A stretch of DNA of 64,000 bases. Source: a phage. The position numbers and the translations under genes are program-made. The DNA lies in sequence record OZ346222.1; one strand, written 5' to 3'. How positions within the stretch are numbered: position 1 is the first letter of the stretch; each line of letters opens with the position of its first letter. Shown here one piece after another: positions 47,356 to 55,763 of the stretch. The notes beneath the pieces are model-generated. The model was given only the letters and a program-made list of their open reading frames with translations, was not told where the DNA came from and ran no database searches.

Positions 47356-47550
47356 GTACTCGATCTGTTTTTCATTTCAAAGACCTGATTTTCTGAAAAT
47401 TTTTCTCGATAAATTTCTTAGTACTCGATCTGTTTTTCATTTCAAAGACCTGATTTTCTGAAAATTTTTCTCGATAAATTTCTTAGTACTCGATCTGTTT
47501 TTCGTTTTCTGAATCGGATTTTCTGGAAATCGTTCCAGCTCTCGACCTGA
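47356..47550. repeat. tandem direct repeat, 65-bp unit, about 3 copies (third degenerate)
   Basis: Unit GTACTCGATCTGTTTTTCATTTCAAAGACCTGATTTTCTGAAAATTTTTCTCGATAAATTTCTTA starts at about 47356, 47421 and 47486 in an ORF-poor AT-rich region; AAATGGAT and GATTTTCTG sub-motifs recur on both sides. Confidence 0.7.
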
Positions 47551-47744
47551 AATTTTTGGGGACGAAATCGATTTTTCGTTTTCAGAAATGGATTTTTAAA
47601 ATTTCTATATGGGAATATTTTATGGGATACTGTTTTATAGGAAATTGTTACGGAGGGTAATTAGCATGCTAATTAAATTTATTAAATGCGAGGAGTTCTC
47701 ATTTAGAATTTTGAATGATAATCATTCTCGTTTGCAGAATAACG

Positions 47745-47767
47745 GGCAGGCCCGGTGATTGTCTCCC
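47745..47767. repeat. conserved 23-nt GC-rich motif, copy A (GGCAGGCCCGGTGATTGTCTCCC)
   Basis: Near-identical copy in inverted orientation at about 57523..57547; related variant CCGGTGGTTGTCTCCCCC at about 47887. Confidence 0.55.
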
Positions 47768-48124
47768 GGCCCCTACTGCCCCGGCTTGTTATTATAGTAT
47801 CACACAGGACAAAGAAAGCAAGGATTTTTTGCATAAATTTTTAAATGATAATGATAACCGTTCTCATTTTATGCAGCGCCCATCCCCGGTGGTTGTCTCC
47901 CCCGTCACCGGTGCCTGCCGTCCTTTCGATAGGTATATCGTGCCACCTGGCGGGGCCGCTGTCAACACTTTTCAAAAAATTTTTCTAACCTGATGCGCTA
48001 ACCGCTGCAACCTGGCGGGGTCAGCCTGGCAGGACCTAACTGACCGGGTAGGAGAGAATGAAGGCTTGTAAACCTGGTGGGCCTATGCTACAGGATAGGT
48101 AACAATTGAAGAGGAGGTACAAAA

Positions 48125-48292
48125 ATGAAAGGTAATATGATCCCCCTAGAAAATGTAGCTATTAATGACGCTGAGGCTATCGCCCTGGTTGAAAAGGCTA
48201 TGGCGGGAGCGTTGGAACATAAAGAAGAGTACGAAAAATGGTGGTTAACCTGGCGGGGGCGGCAGGTGGATTCTATCATAAAAATAATTTAA
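48125..48292 (+). CDS. small hypothetical protein (about 55 aa)
   Basis: ATG 5 nt after strong RBS GAAGAGGAGG; below track cutoff; coordinates hand-counted. Confidence 0.4.
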   Translation: MKGNMIPLENVAINDAEAIALVEKAMAGALEHKEEYEKWWLTWRGRQVDSIIKII

Positions 48293-48301
48293 AATAGTCG
48301 T

Positions 48302-48329
48302 TGACAACAAGGTTAATCATGGTATTATT
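48302..48329 (+). promoter_or_regulatory. sigma70-type promoter
   Basis: TTGACA-16 nt-TATTAT upstream of the 48379 gene. Confidence 0.5.
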
Positions 48330-48378
48330 ACCCTACAAGGTGAACAACACCGCACTAACCAGTAAAGAGGATAAATTT

Positions 48379-48576
48379 ATGAACGCATACGGGATCAAAG
48401 TACGTCGCAACACTCGCCAGGTGGTCACCAATCAAGTGATTTGCCGGGTGGATGTAACCATCAACAACGGGCAAGGCCTTTATAAATTTCGTCGCGGTCA
48501 TAGCTATACCCTGCAACAGCTTAATCGTTGCGCCCTGACAAAAGGTCAGATCAACCATTGGTTTAATAAAAAATAA
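48379..48576 (+). CDS. small basic protein
   Basis: Start at ATG after AAAGAGGA (track ORF from 48301 would cover the promoter); Arg/Lys-rich. Confidence 0.5.
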   Translation: MNAYGIKVRRNTRQVVTNQVICRVDVTINNGQGLYKFRRGHSYTLQQLNRCALTKGQINHWFNKK

Positions 48577-48640
48577 GTATTGACATACAGTCCGACACCA
48601 AATACACTAAAAGCACAAAAGACACTAAGAGGATAAAATC

Positions 48641-49039
48641 ATGAAAACCACTACCTTTAATTTTGATAATGCAGACTTTTCTTTTTCTGATGTCAAGAAC
48701 TGCCGCCGTGATCGTGGATTTTACAAGGCTTATAATCTGGTGGGCCTGGACGATGACAATAATTTGCACGAAGTAGCTGAGATCCGGTATTATGCCGCCG
48801 CCAGCGGTAACACTAACTACTGCGTTTTTTGGATACACGACAACAAGAACAATAAGTACGGTTATACTGGTGGCAAGGCGAGCGGTCACGGTTACGATAA
48901 AGCTAATGCAGCACTTGAGAGCGCATTAAATGCTATGGGGATCACTGCCAACGGCTGGATCTATGAAGAAGAGTTTTTGTCGGCACTTGCTGACCACCTG
49001 GGCTATAAAAAGCACATTGTAACATGCGCCCACGAATAA
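48641..49039 (+). CDS. hypothetical protein
   Basis: 132 aa; RBS AAGAGGA; TTGACA-17-TACACT promoter about 60 nt upstream. Confidence 0.55.
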   Translation: MKTTTFNFDNADFSFSDVKNCRRDRGFYKAYNLVGLDDDNNLHEVAEIRYYAAASGNTNYCVFWIHDNKNNKYGYTGGKASGHGYDKANAALESALNAMGITANGWIYEEEFLSALADHLGYKKHIVTCAHE

Positions 49040-49121
49040 AAATTGTTGACACGCTGCAAAATTCAAGTAAACTAGTCACAAAAGGCGGGAATGTTTCCCG
49101 CCAACACAAAGGAAAAAGATC

Positions 49122-49526
49122 ATGAATAAGAACGTACGCCGCATCATGAACGAACTGGCAAACGATGAAAAAATTATTGACATGCATTTGATCAACATTT
49201 GCCGCCGTTGTGTAACATACAACAACCGCGCCGCAAAAGCGCGTGAGATGAACGCAAAAGGCACCTTAAAGCCATTCCAGGTGGTGGTAAAGGCCATTAA
49301 AGATGTAACTAATACGGCAAACCAGGTACAGGGGAACACCAACGAGAGTACCAATATTGATCCGGCTTACATCATGAAACGGATCCGGACCTGCAAGAAC
49401 AAAGAGCAAGTGTATAATGTCATAGACTGGTTGGATTCTATGGGCGATGTGGTGTACAATAGATTCTCGGCAGCTATTGAGATCCAGCTTGACAGGTTAG
49501 ACGGTAAAGTACTTAAAACTTACTAA
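49122..49526 (+). CDS. hypothetical protein
   Basis: 134 aa; promoter TTGACA...TAAACT, leader hairpin GGCGGGAA-TGT-TTCCCGCC, CA-rich spacer, RBS. Confidence 0.55.
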   Translation: MNKNVRRIMNELANDEKIIDMHLINICRRCVTYNNRAAKAREMNAKGTLKPFQVVVKAIKDVTNTANQVQGNTNESTNIDPAYIMKRIRTCKNKEQVYNVIDWLDSMGDVVYNRFSAAIEIQLDRLDGKVLKTY

Positions 49527-49537
49527 ATTTATTTTTA

Positions 49538-49561
49538 GATGGCCTTGACTCCAGGGCCATC
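49538..49561. promoter_or_regulatory. dyad-symmetric element GATGGCC-N10-GGCCATC with TTGACT in the spacer (copy 1 of 3)
   Basis: Part of a roughly 44-nt block TTATTTTTAGATGGCCTTGACTCCAGGGCCATCAATAAAGTAAA repeated at about 50159 and 53897, each directly after a gene stop. Confidence 0.5.
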
Positions 49562-49726
49562 AATAAAGTAAATTAATCTCAGCTAAGCGAAAAAGGGGGC
49601 TTTAAGATGAGCACTACACGCCAATACACAAAGGTAACTATTATCGCCTGCGTTGTCGGTTACATCCTGGCGCAAATGTTAATGAGTAGCGCTAACAGTT
49701 TTGCAAAATTTTTCTTAAATTTTTAA

Positions 49727-49754
49727 TTGACAAGCTAACTTAGATTGATATACT
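49727..49754 (+). promoter_or_regulatory. sigma70-type promoter
   Basis: TTGACA-16 nt-TATACT, followed by leader hairpin GGGAA-AAC-TTCCC and CA-rich spacer. Confidence 0.5.
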
Positions 49755-49805
49755 TAAACACGTAAACGGGAAAACTTCCCAGAACACACAAAAGGAGAAA
49801 ACACC

Positions 49806-50147
49806 ATGACTACTATGGCCGCCGCAGAAAAAGCTATTCAGATCGCCGCACTGAAAAAACAGATCGCAGACCTTGAGAACAAGATCGATAACTTTGAAAT
49901 CGACGAGGACAAGTACGACGAAAACTATGATGAATGGTTAGACGAGATCTACGGCGAAATTATGATCGGAAACATTTCTTTTCTTCCGTCGCGTATCCTC
50001 AAGGAGCTAGATCCTATCGCTTACCGCTGCGGATTTAGCGACTACATCGACAGCCTGGATATTGAGGACGATGAAGAATACCAGGAATTACAGACAGAGT
50101 TAGAAGAAGCAAAAGAAGAGCTTGCAGAACTGGAAGAAAACGAGTAA
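49806..50147 (+). CDS. highly acidic coiled-coil protein
   Basis: 113 aa, strongly Asp/Glu-rich; RBS AAAGGAGAAA. Confidence 0.55.
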   Translation: MTTMAAAEKAIQIAALKKQIADLENKIDNFEIDEDKYDENYDEWLDEIYGEIMIGNISFLPSRILKELDPIAYRCGFSDYIDSLDIEDDEEYQELQTELEEAKEELAELEENE

Positions 50148-50158
50148 GATTATTTTTA

Positions 50159-50182
50159 GATGGCCTTGACTCCAGGGCCATC
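50159..50182. promoter_or_regulatory. dyad-symmetric element GATGGCC-N10-GGCCATC (copy 2 of 3)
   Basis: Identical to copy 1 including flanks. Confidence 0.5.
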
Positions 50183-50236
50183 AATAAAGTAAACTTTATA
50201 CTGTTAACACTGAACTAATGCATAGGAGTTAAAACC

Positions 50237-50482
50237 ATGGCAGCACTAATCACCAAATATTATGCCCCTACCAACACCAAAAGCGCCCGTATCATGGTAA
50301 AAGGCTTCGGACGTAAAAAGGTGTACACCTGGGATTATGCCTTAGACACGGAAGACAACTACACCAACGCGATGACCGATTTTATTAATGATCTGAACAC
50401 GCGGATCTTGACAAATTATAAAATTACCGATATTGCCTATATAGGGGAAGGCGGGATCTGTTTTGTCGGTATCGTCAAATAA
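50237..50482 (+). CDS. small hypothetical protein
   Basis: 81 aa; RBS TAGGAG. Confidence 0.5.
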   Translation: MAALITKYYAPTNTKSARIMVKGFGRKKVYTWDYALDTEDNYTNAMTDFINDLNTRILTNYKITDIAYIGEGGICFVGIVK

Positions 50483-50557
50483 GCTGTTTTTTCGGTGGTC
50501 CTGGTAGCAGGGCCATCTATAAAGATAGTTTATCAATACAATGAAAGGAGAAAGTAC

Positions 50558-50911
50558 ATGATCAGCGGGGCAAGTTTTATTATTGGCGCTATTGCTACGG
50601 CTTTAATTGTAAACAAGATCCAATCTAAAAACGAAAAAGATAGCAACGCCCTTACAGAATACCCGTTTTGGGTATTCAACGACAATGAAGACTATATTAT
50701 CAAGTACAAGAATGAGAAGGGCGACCAGGTAACACCGCGACCGATCCCGGCTTACAAGATGCAAGAAACACTATACCGCCTAAAGGCTGGAGGCGCAAAA
50801 ATCGTAGACTTTTGGGGATACGATCACACAGATCAGGAAGTTATAAAGCGCCGTATCCGGGCTATTCAGGCCAATATTGAAGTTAGCAAGGGGGGAATAT
50901 ATGAAGATTAA
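50558..50911 (+). CDS. membrane-anchored protein
   Basis: Start at ATG after AAAGGAGAAAG; N-terminal hydrophobic span (ASFIIGAIATALIV). Confidence 0.5.
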   Translation: MISGASFIIGAIATALIVNKIQSKNEKDSNALTEYPFWVFNDNEDYIIKYKNEKGDQVTPRPIPAYKMQETLYRLKAGGAKIVDFWGYDHTDQEVIKRRIRAIQANIEVSKGGIYED

Positions 50912-51098
50912 TTTTGAGAAGATTGTAAAGCGATCTCATGCTTCCGAAGAGCTGCCGGAACGCCGCCAGCGCAACAATAAACTGAATAAGCCAAAAAGAT
51001 TTGGGAAGATCTGGCGGAATCATTATGATCGCAAATTACCGGGCCTGCTTTTGGAACGTGAACGACAGGCGGAACGATACCGCCACAAAGGCAAATAA
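50901..51098 (+). CDS. small basic protein
   Basis: Start at internal ATG of track ORF 50877..51098 after a G-rich RBS; Arg/Lys-rich; followed by terminator. Confidence 0.45.
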   Translation: MKINFEKIVKRSHASEELPERRQRNNKLNKPKRFGKIWRNHYDRKLPGLLLERERQAERYRHKGK

Positions 51099-51106
51099 CA
51101 ACCAAC

Positions 51107-51137
51107 GCCCCGCCATTGTGCGGGGCTTTTTATTTCT
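51107..51137 (+). terminator. rho-independent terminator
   Basis: GCCCCGC-CATTGT-GCGGGGC hairpin followed by TTTTTATTTC. Confidence 0.6.
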
Positions 51138-51279
51138 ATCCTACGAATAGCGCCCCTGGTTGGCCCTGTAAGCGCCAAAAAGGCCCCACCTATGCAATCG
51201 CCCACCTTTAACCTGAAAACATCGCTTAGGGCCGTTTTATGGCGTTAAAAATATCATTGACAGTGATTTTATTTAAAGC

Positions 51280-51308
51280 TTGACATCTTAAACAGGTTAG
51301 CTATACTA
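51280..51308 (+). promoter_or_regulatory. sigma70-type promoter with AT-rich upstream element
   Basis: TTGACA-16 nt-TATACT with A/T-rich upstream sequence and a second TTGACA about 22 nt upstream. Confidence 0.5.
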
Positions 51309-51341
51309 ACCACATCAAAGAGAGAGAAAGGAGTAAACGCC

Positions 51342-51602
51342 ATGCGTAAATTAAAAAATTTTGATAAAGTTGATGTTGTCCTGAATAATTTTTACTACTG
51401 CAACAACAAGGCCATTTGGTGGCGTGATAGTTCCACCGATAAAGTCAAGGCGCGCTTTCTCCAGGGGCACTGGCAAGGCCGCCCAGTGATTAAAATCATG
51501 GGGCAATTGGTAGCGTTTAAAAATTGCCGCCGTGTTGATGACGTTGAAGAGATCTTGAATATTTTACGCCACAATAATTTAAAAAATAGTGTTGACAAGT
51601 AA
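51342..51602 (+). CDS. hypothetical protein
   Basis: 86 aa; RBS AAAGGAG. Confidence 0.55.
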   Translation: MRKLKNFDKVDVVLNNFYYCNNKAIWWRDSSTDKVKARFLQGHWQGRPVIKIMGQLVAFKNCRRVDDVEEILNILRHNNLKNSVDK

Positions 51603-51620
51603 ATCTCAATAAGTATACTT
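51592..51620 (+). promoter_or_regulatory. sigma70-type promoter
   Basis: TTGACA-16 nt-TATACT, then hairpin GGCGGGAA-GTT-TTCCCGCC, CA-rich spacer and RBS. Confidence 0.5.
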
Positions 51621-51676
51621 AAGCACACAGGCGGGAAGTTTTCCCGCCACTAACAAAGAAAATAGGAGAAAATATC

Positions 51677-52300
51677 ATGACCACCGTTAACATTACCACA
51701 GGTTGCAATTTATCTTTCGACGTGCTGACCGACGAACAAAAAGAAAAAGCTGTTGAAATGGTCCGCGAAAGAGAAGAACACAGCGGGGATAACTTTTTTG
51801 CAGAAAGTGTAATTGAATACTATAAAGAATATGTTTTTCCAGAGTACGGGCTTGAAGATACCAAGGTACAGTGGTCCGGCTTTTGGTGTCAAGGCGACGG
51901 CGCATCAATTAGCGCTGAAAATGTAAACTTAGAAAAATTCTTGCGTAAGGTTAAAGCGCTTACAAAATTTCGCTCAATTAGACACTTGTTCGGCACAATG
52001 CACGATGGCGAACTATCAGCCAGCGTTGAACGTATCCCGTTTAGCCATTATCATCACGAAAACACAATAGGCGGGTGCATCGATACCAACTGGCTAGACC
52101 TGACCACCAAGCAAGAGGATAAAATTGAAGAGCTGGAAGAGCTGATCACCGAGACGGTACGGGAGCTATCCCGCAAGGTTTACGTAGACCTGGAGCAGGC
52201 CTATCTTGAACAATTCACTACCGAAAACCTGATCGGCCTTATCGAGGCCAATGATTGGCGGTTTGATGTGGATGAGTATGGCGAGATGACTTTTTCATAA
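51677..52300 (+). CDS. hypothetical protein
   Basis: 207 aa; RBS TAGGAGAAAA. Confidence 0.55.
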   Translation: MTTVNITTGCNLSFDVLTDEQKEKAVEMVREREEHSGDNFFAESVIEYYKEYVFPEYGLEDTKVQWSGFWCQGDGASISAENVNLEKFLRKVKALTKFRSIRHLFGTMHDGELSASVERIPFSHYHHENTIGGCIDTNWLDLTTKQEDKIEELEELITETVRELSRKVYVDLEQAYLEQFTTENLIGLIEANDWRFDVDEYGEMTFS

Positions 52301-52389
52301 ATAAAGTGTTGCAATAACCTAAAAACCTGCTATATTAAAACTCAAGGGGCAAGACGTTTGCCCCCACACAAAACAAAGAGGAAAACATC

Positions 52390-52770
52390 ATGAAAAACAC
52401 TACTAAAGCTATTGACACCGTTATGTTTAACCTGGTTACCTTTCGCGAGGATATGAAAGATCTTCCACGTGAAACAGTGTGCGATCACATTGAAAACTAT
52501 CGCAAACTAATCAAAGAGTTGCCTTTAAAACGTGACCAGTATGCGGCTAACGCCATGCTTAATGCCATGATCAAAAAGATGATTCAGTGTGATTTAACTC
52601 TGGCCTATGACTATGCGGGTGGTCGTTTTGCAGTATACAATCAGCCCGTGCCCGGTATGGGCACCACCGAAGAATTGCACGCGCTCAATCTAAAACAAGA
52701 CGTATGGGATAACATGCCCCGCGTGGTGGTGTGGGCAGAAAGCGGAAAGATTTACGGCGATAATTTTTAA
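52390..52770 (+). CDS. hypothetical protein
   Basis: 126 aa; promoter TTGCAA...TATATT, hairpin GGGGCAA-GACG-TTGCCCC, CA-rich spacer, RBS AAAGAGGAAAA. Confidence 0.55.
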   Translation: MKNTTKAIDTVMFNLVTFREDMKDLPRETVCDHIENYRKLIKELPLKRDQYAANAMLNAMIKKMIQCDLTLAYDYAGGRFAVYNQPVPGMGTTEELHALNLKQDVWDNMPRVVVWAESGKIYGDNF

Positions 52771-52780
52771 TCAGGTAACA

Positions 52781-52810
52781 GGCGGCATATTTGCCGCCTT
52801 ATTGTTAAAC
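52781..52810 (+). terminator. rho-independent terminator
   Basis: GGCGGCA-TATT-TGCCGCC hairpin followed by TTATTGTT. Confidence 0.5.
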
Positions 52811-52834
52811 AGAGTTGCAAAAGAGGTACATAGA

Positions 52835-53206
52835 ATGGAATTTATTATTTTGGCTGTAGTAGTTGCCTTGTTCAACGCCTGGATCGCTGGCAAGATGGGT
52901 AGATCCGCCTTTTTATGGTTTATTATATCTATTTTCCTGGGGGTGGTTGCAACTATTGTACTTGTTATCCTTGCAATTGTTGACAAGGGGAATAATAGAA
53001 AGGGTAAAGTATTTTCAGACCTGTACGACGCTCAAACGTTTGTCAACGCCTATTATAGTGATCTTCCAGTCTCCCTACGCTGCAGCCTGGCACAACAAGT
53101 TTTCGATGAGGCTAAAACCAGAGATCAAGCCCATGAGATATGTTTAACTGAGGCGGATCGCCTATTTGAGAGGAATAGAAAATATGTGGGCCAACCGTTT
53201 AAATAA
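52835..53206 (+). CDS. membrane protein (two predicted TM helices)
   Basis: Start at ATG after AAAGAGG; hydrophobic spans FIILAVVVALFNAWIAG and FLWFIISIFLGVVATIVLVILAIV. Confidence 0.5.
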   Translation: MEFIILAVVVALFNAWIAGKMGRSAFLWFIISIFLGVVATIVLVILAIVDKGNNRKGKVFSDLYDAQTFVNAYYSDLPVSLRCSLAQQVFDEAKTRDQAHEICLTEADRLFERNRKYVGQPFK

Positions 53207-53429
53207 TGCCACGTTAATTAATCCCTTTAGTGAAGATTTGAAGCCAGCCGCCTGGCGTGATGGATTCAATAACGAACGCTTTATTTTCAAGCCTGATCTT
53301 GAGGAATTTTATAACAATGGATCGAACAACAGCGGAGATAATTTTTCTTGGGATGTGCGTGGTGATGGTACTCCTGGGGGCCATTGTAAACCACGTCACT
53401 ACTACCAGGAGGAAAGAGGGAGACGATGA
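53184..53429 (+). CDS. small hypothetical protein
   Basis: Start at ATG after GAGGAA; overlaps upstream gene end by about 23 nt, so start is uncertain. Confidence 0.4.
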   Translation: MWANRLNNATLINPFSEDLKPAAWRDGFNNERFIFKPDLEEFYNNGSNNSGDNFSWDVRGDGTPGGHCKPRHYYQEERGRR

Positions 53430-53545
53430 CAACCAAGGATAAGCCCCGTACCGATAAGGCGCGCCGGGTTATGGTATGGCTTGAGATCATCGCCCTTGAA
53501 ATATTGCTAGGCGTAGGGATGTACTTTATCGCTGTAAGTAACTAA

Positions 53546-53580
53546 GAGCGGCCCCCGATCATGGGGGCCTATCTTTTAAA
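53546..53580 (+). terminator. rho-independent terminator
   Basis: GGCCCCC-GATCAT-GGGGGCC hairpin followed by TATCTTTT. Confidence 0.6.
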
Positions 53581-53683
53581 AAATTTTTCTTCCGGGGTGT
53601 TGCAATCCGGTCCGGAATGTGGATAATAACAATCAACGGGGAGCTAATCCCCACCACCACAAAAACCAGAAAGGAGAAACAAA

Positions 53684-53884
53684 ATGAGCAACAATATCCG
53701 CGTTATTAACTTCAAAAAAGAAGAAAAAATTGCCGTGCTGATTGACGGTCAAGAAATCTTCAAGGGCGACTATGAAGATCATCAAACGGCGATTAGTATC
53801 ACTCGCGTGATTGGTTATCATAATTTCTACCCCCAAGGCGCTGAGGCAGCAGTTAAACGAATCAAAGAGATTGTAGGCCTGTAA
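53684..53884 (+). CDS. small hypothetical protein
   Basis: 66 aa; promoter TTGCAA-17-ATAATA, hairpin GGGGA-GCTAA-TCCCC, CA-rich spacer ACCACCACAAAAACC, RBS AAAGGAGAAA. Confidence 0.55.
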   Translation: MSNNIRVINFKKEEKIAVLIDGQEIFKGDYEDHQTAISITRVIGYHNFYPQGAEAAVKRIKEIVGL

Positions 53885-53896
53885 AATTTATTTTTA

Positions 53897-53920
53897 GATG
53901 GCCTTGACTTCAGGGCCATC
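53897..53920. promoter_or_regulatory. dyad-symmetric element GATGGCC-N10-GGCCATC (copy 3 of 3)
   Basis: Two substitutions relative to copies 1-2 (TTGACTTCAG, CGATAAAG); directly after the 53684..53884 stop. Confidence 0.5.
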
Positions 53921-53977
53921 GATAAAGTAAATTTAAACCCTGTTAAAATACCACGCAGTTAACAAGGAGTGATAGAC

Positions 53978-54277
53978 ATGTTTATCCAGGCTAATAATCT
54001 TTATTTCTTTGATGGTCAGATCGTAGATGGTGTGGAAGTGGAGATCACCGGGTGCCCTGGCGGTCAGGCTATGACTTTTCGGAATAATGCCTTTGATGAT
54101 TCTCATATCGTTATGAGAATGGAAGTTACGAAGCTGGACGACAAGAAAACACTTATTGACTATTCTGTGAAAGATCATCCAGACTACCGCATGATCCATG
54201 GTGATTTGTGCATTGTTGACCGTGACAAGGTGGGCGGCATTGTGATCGCTATTGTGAACGATGTTTTCTCAAACTAA
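53978..54277 (+). CDS. hypothetical protein
   Basis: Start at ATG after AAGGAG (track ORF from 53969). Confidence 0.5.
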   Translation: MFIQANNLYFFDGQIVDGVEVEITGCPGGQAMTFRNNAFDDSHIVMRMEVTKLDDKKTLIDYSVKDHPDYRMIHGDLCIVDRDKVGGIVIAIVNDVFSN

Positions 54278-54294
54278 TTTCAGCAGGCGATTTT

Positions 54295-54645
54295 ATGAAA
54301 GTCAAACTATATTACCTTAATGAGCTTAACCCCCTTGCCCAGGTCCGCGCCCTAGCTAATACCTTGATTTGTGAGAAATCTGTATATTGTGTTGAGCTTA
54401 ACGCCATGCGTGAACGTCTCAAAGGTGGTTACTTTGACATCCATGCTGCAATCAACGGCCTGAATATGGAATTTATACGCTTACGTAACAGCCGCCGGAA
54501 TCTGGCAAGAATGGAACAAGATCCGGCCCACCTTCGTAAGCTGGTTATTGAAAATCATCTGATGTTTAATGCCGAGGGTGATTATTACCATTTTCACCGC
54601 AAACGCTGGTACCGTGGCGGCAATACAGGCAAGAATGCAAAATAA
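54295..54645 (+). CDS. hypothetical protein
   Basis: 116-aa ORF; weak RBS. Confidence 0.45.
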   Translation: MKVKLYYLNELNPLAQVRALANTLICEKSVYCVELNAMRERLKGGYFDIHAAINGLNMEFIRLRNSRRNLARMEQDPAHLRKLVIENHLMFNAEGDYYHFHRKRWYRGGNTGKNAK

Positions 54646-54847
54646 GGCCCCTAGCAGGGCCTGCAGCAATATAATCACATAAAGGCCATGCGGTTGCATG
54701 GCCTTTATTATTTTGGCGTTACAACGGCATACGGGGCGCTTAAAAAATTTTTAAAGAAGTACTTGCATCATTCCCGACAATATGGATAATAAGAGTTGTC
54801 GAGGGGGAGGCCCCCAATCGTTGACCAGATAGATAGGAGTTAAAATC

Positions 54848-55132
54848 ATGGCTATTGTTACCGCTGGCGATGTAGTAGAAATGGAAGCAAAATACTTAAA
54901 AGCGGGTATGCACATCCTACGGAATGATCAAGAGCTATTATTAACGATGGTTGACTATAATCACGGCCAGGATTATCCAAGCATCGACTACTTTTTTGAG
55001 TATGTTGATGAAGAGTTGAAAGAGGATGAGGCCTATTGCGGTGAGTTCTGCAACTTCTTTTGTCCTGATGAGGTTGTAAAGGTTATTTATCAACCTGGCG
55101 TAGCTTTCCCGCTGCACGCTATCAATAAATAA
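54848..55132 (+). CDS. hypothetical acidic protein
   Basis: 94 aa; promoter TTGCAT-17-ATAATA, leader hairpin GGGGGAGGCCCCC, RBS TAGGAG. Confidence 0.55.
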   Translation: MAIVTAGDVVEMEAKYLKAGMHILRNDQELLLTMVDYNHGQDYPSIDYFFEYVDEELKEDEAYCGEFCNFFCPDEVVKVIYQPGVAFPLHAINK

Positions 55133-55187
55133 ACCTGGCGGGGCCGAAAAGGCCCCCAATTATGAAAATAAAGAGAGGCAAATCATC

Positions 55188-55421
55188 ATGATGGAACAAA
55201 TTAAACGCGCCGAGGCTATTAATGGCAACGTGATCTATTTTGTCAGCAAAAACGAAAAAGGCGTACCATATGCGGCAGTAATAGTACAACCTGACGGCGA
55301 TTATTGGTTTACTGTGTACGGCGCTTATTCTTTTGGGCGTCCAGTGCATGATAAAATTTTGAAAGTAGCGAACCCTACCGGGAAGAATATCACAGCAGAA
55401 AAATTTTTTGAAAATAGTTGA
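55188..55421 (+). CDS. small hypothetical protein
   Basis: 77 aa; RBS AAAGAGAGG. Confidence 0.5.
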   Translation: MMEQIKRAEAINGNVIYFVSKNEKGVPYAAVIVQPDGDYWFTVYGAYSFGRPVHDKILKVANPTGKNITAEKFFENS

Positions 55422-55446
55422 CATGACCATATAAGACTGTAATATA
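55418..55446 (+). promoter_or_regulatory. sigma70-type promoter
   Basis: TTGACA-16 nt-TAATAT, then G/C hairpin, CA-rich spacer and RBS. Confidence 0.5.
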
Positions 55447-55497
55447 TAAATCAAAGGGGGCAACGAACCCCACCAACTACAAAGAGGATAAAAATCA

Positions 55498-55677
55498 TGG
55501 CTATTATTGCAAAGACTGAGATCATAGGCTTAGATTCTATTCTCCTCGCATATGAGGAAGCTATAGAAATGTATGTGGTTTCCTATGGTGAGTATATCCG
55601 TGAATATAAATCTATTGATCTGGCTTTTGAATGTTATATCCGCCAGGTTAATAAAGCGTACGATGATTATCGTTAAA
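55498..55677 (+). CDS. small hypothetical protein (about 59 aa)
   Basis: ATG after AAAGAGGATAAAAATC; below track cutoff; coordinates hand-counted. Confidence 0.45.
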
Positions 55678-55682
55678 ATAGT

Positions 55683-55711
55683 TTGACAACAGCCATCTTA
55701 CAAAGCATAAT
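55683..55711 (+). promoter_or_regulatory. sigma70-type promoter
   Basis: TTGACA-18 nt-ATAATA, then hairpin GGCGG...CCGCC and RBS. Confidence 0.45.
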
Positions 55712-55763
55712 ACATAAGGCGGTGGAATGGTCCGCCACCTGGAACAAAGAAGAGGTAAACACC

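Noticed and set aside
47199-47993. Track ORFs 47199..47396 and 47715..47993 in the repeat-rich intergenic region
   Set aside because: They lie across tandem repeats and GC-rich hairpin motifs, lack ribosome-binding sites and have repetitive, implausible translations; treated as non-coding.
50495-50518. Imperfect hairpin GGTGGTCCTGGTAGCAGGGCCATC as a fourth copy of the GATGGCC dyad element
   Set aside because: Shares only the GGGCCATC arm and the downstream ATAAAG; the left arm and spacer differ, so it was not counted as a copy.
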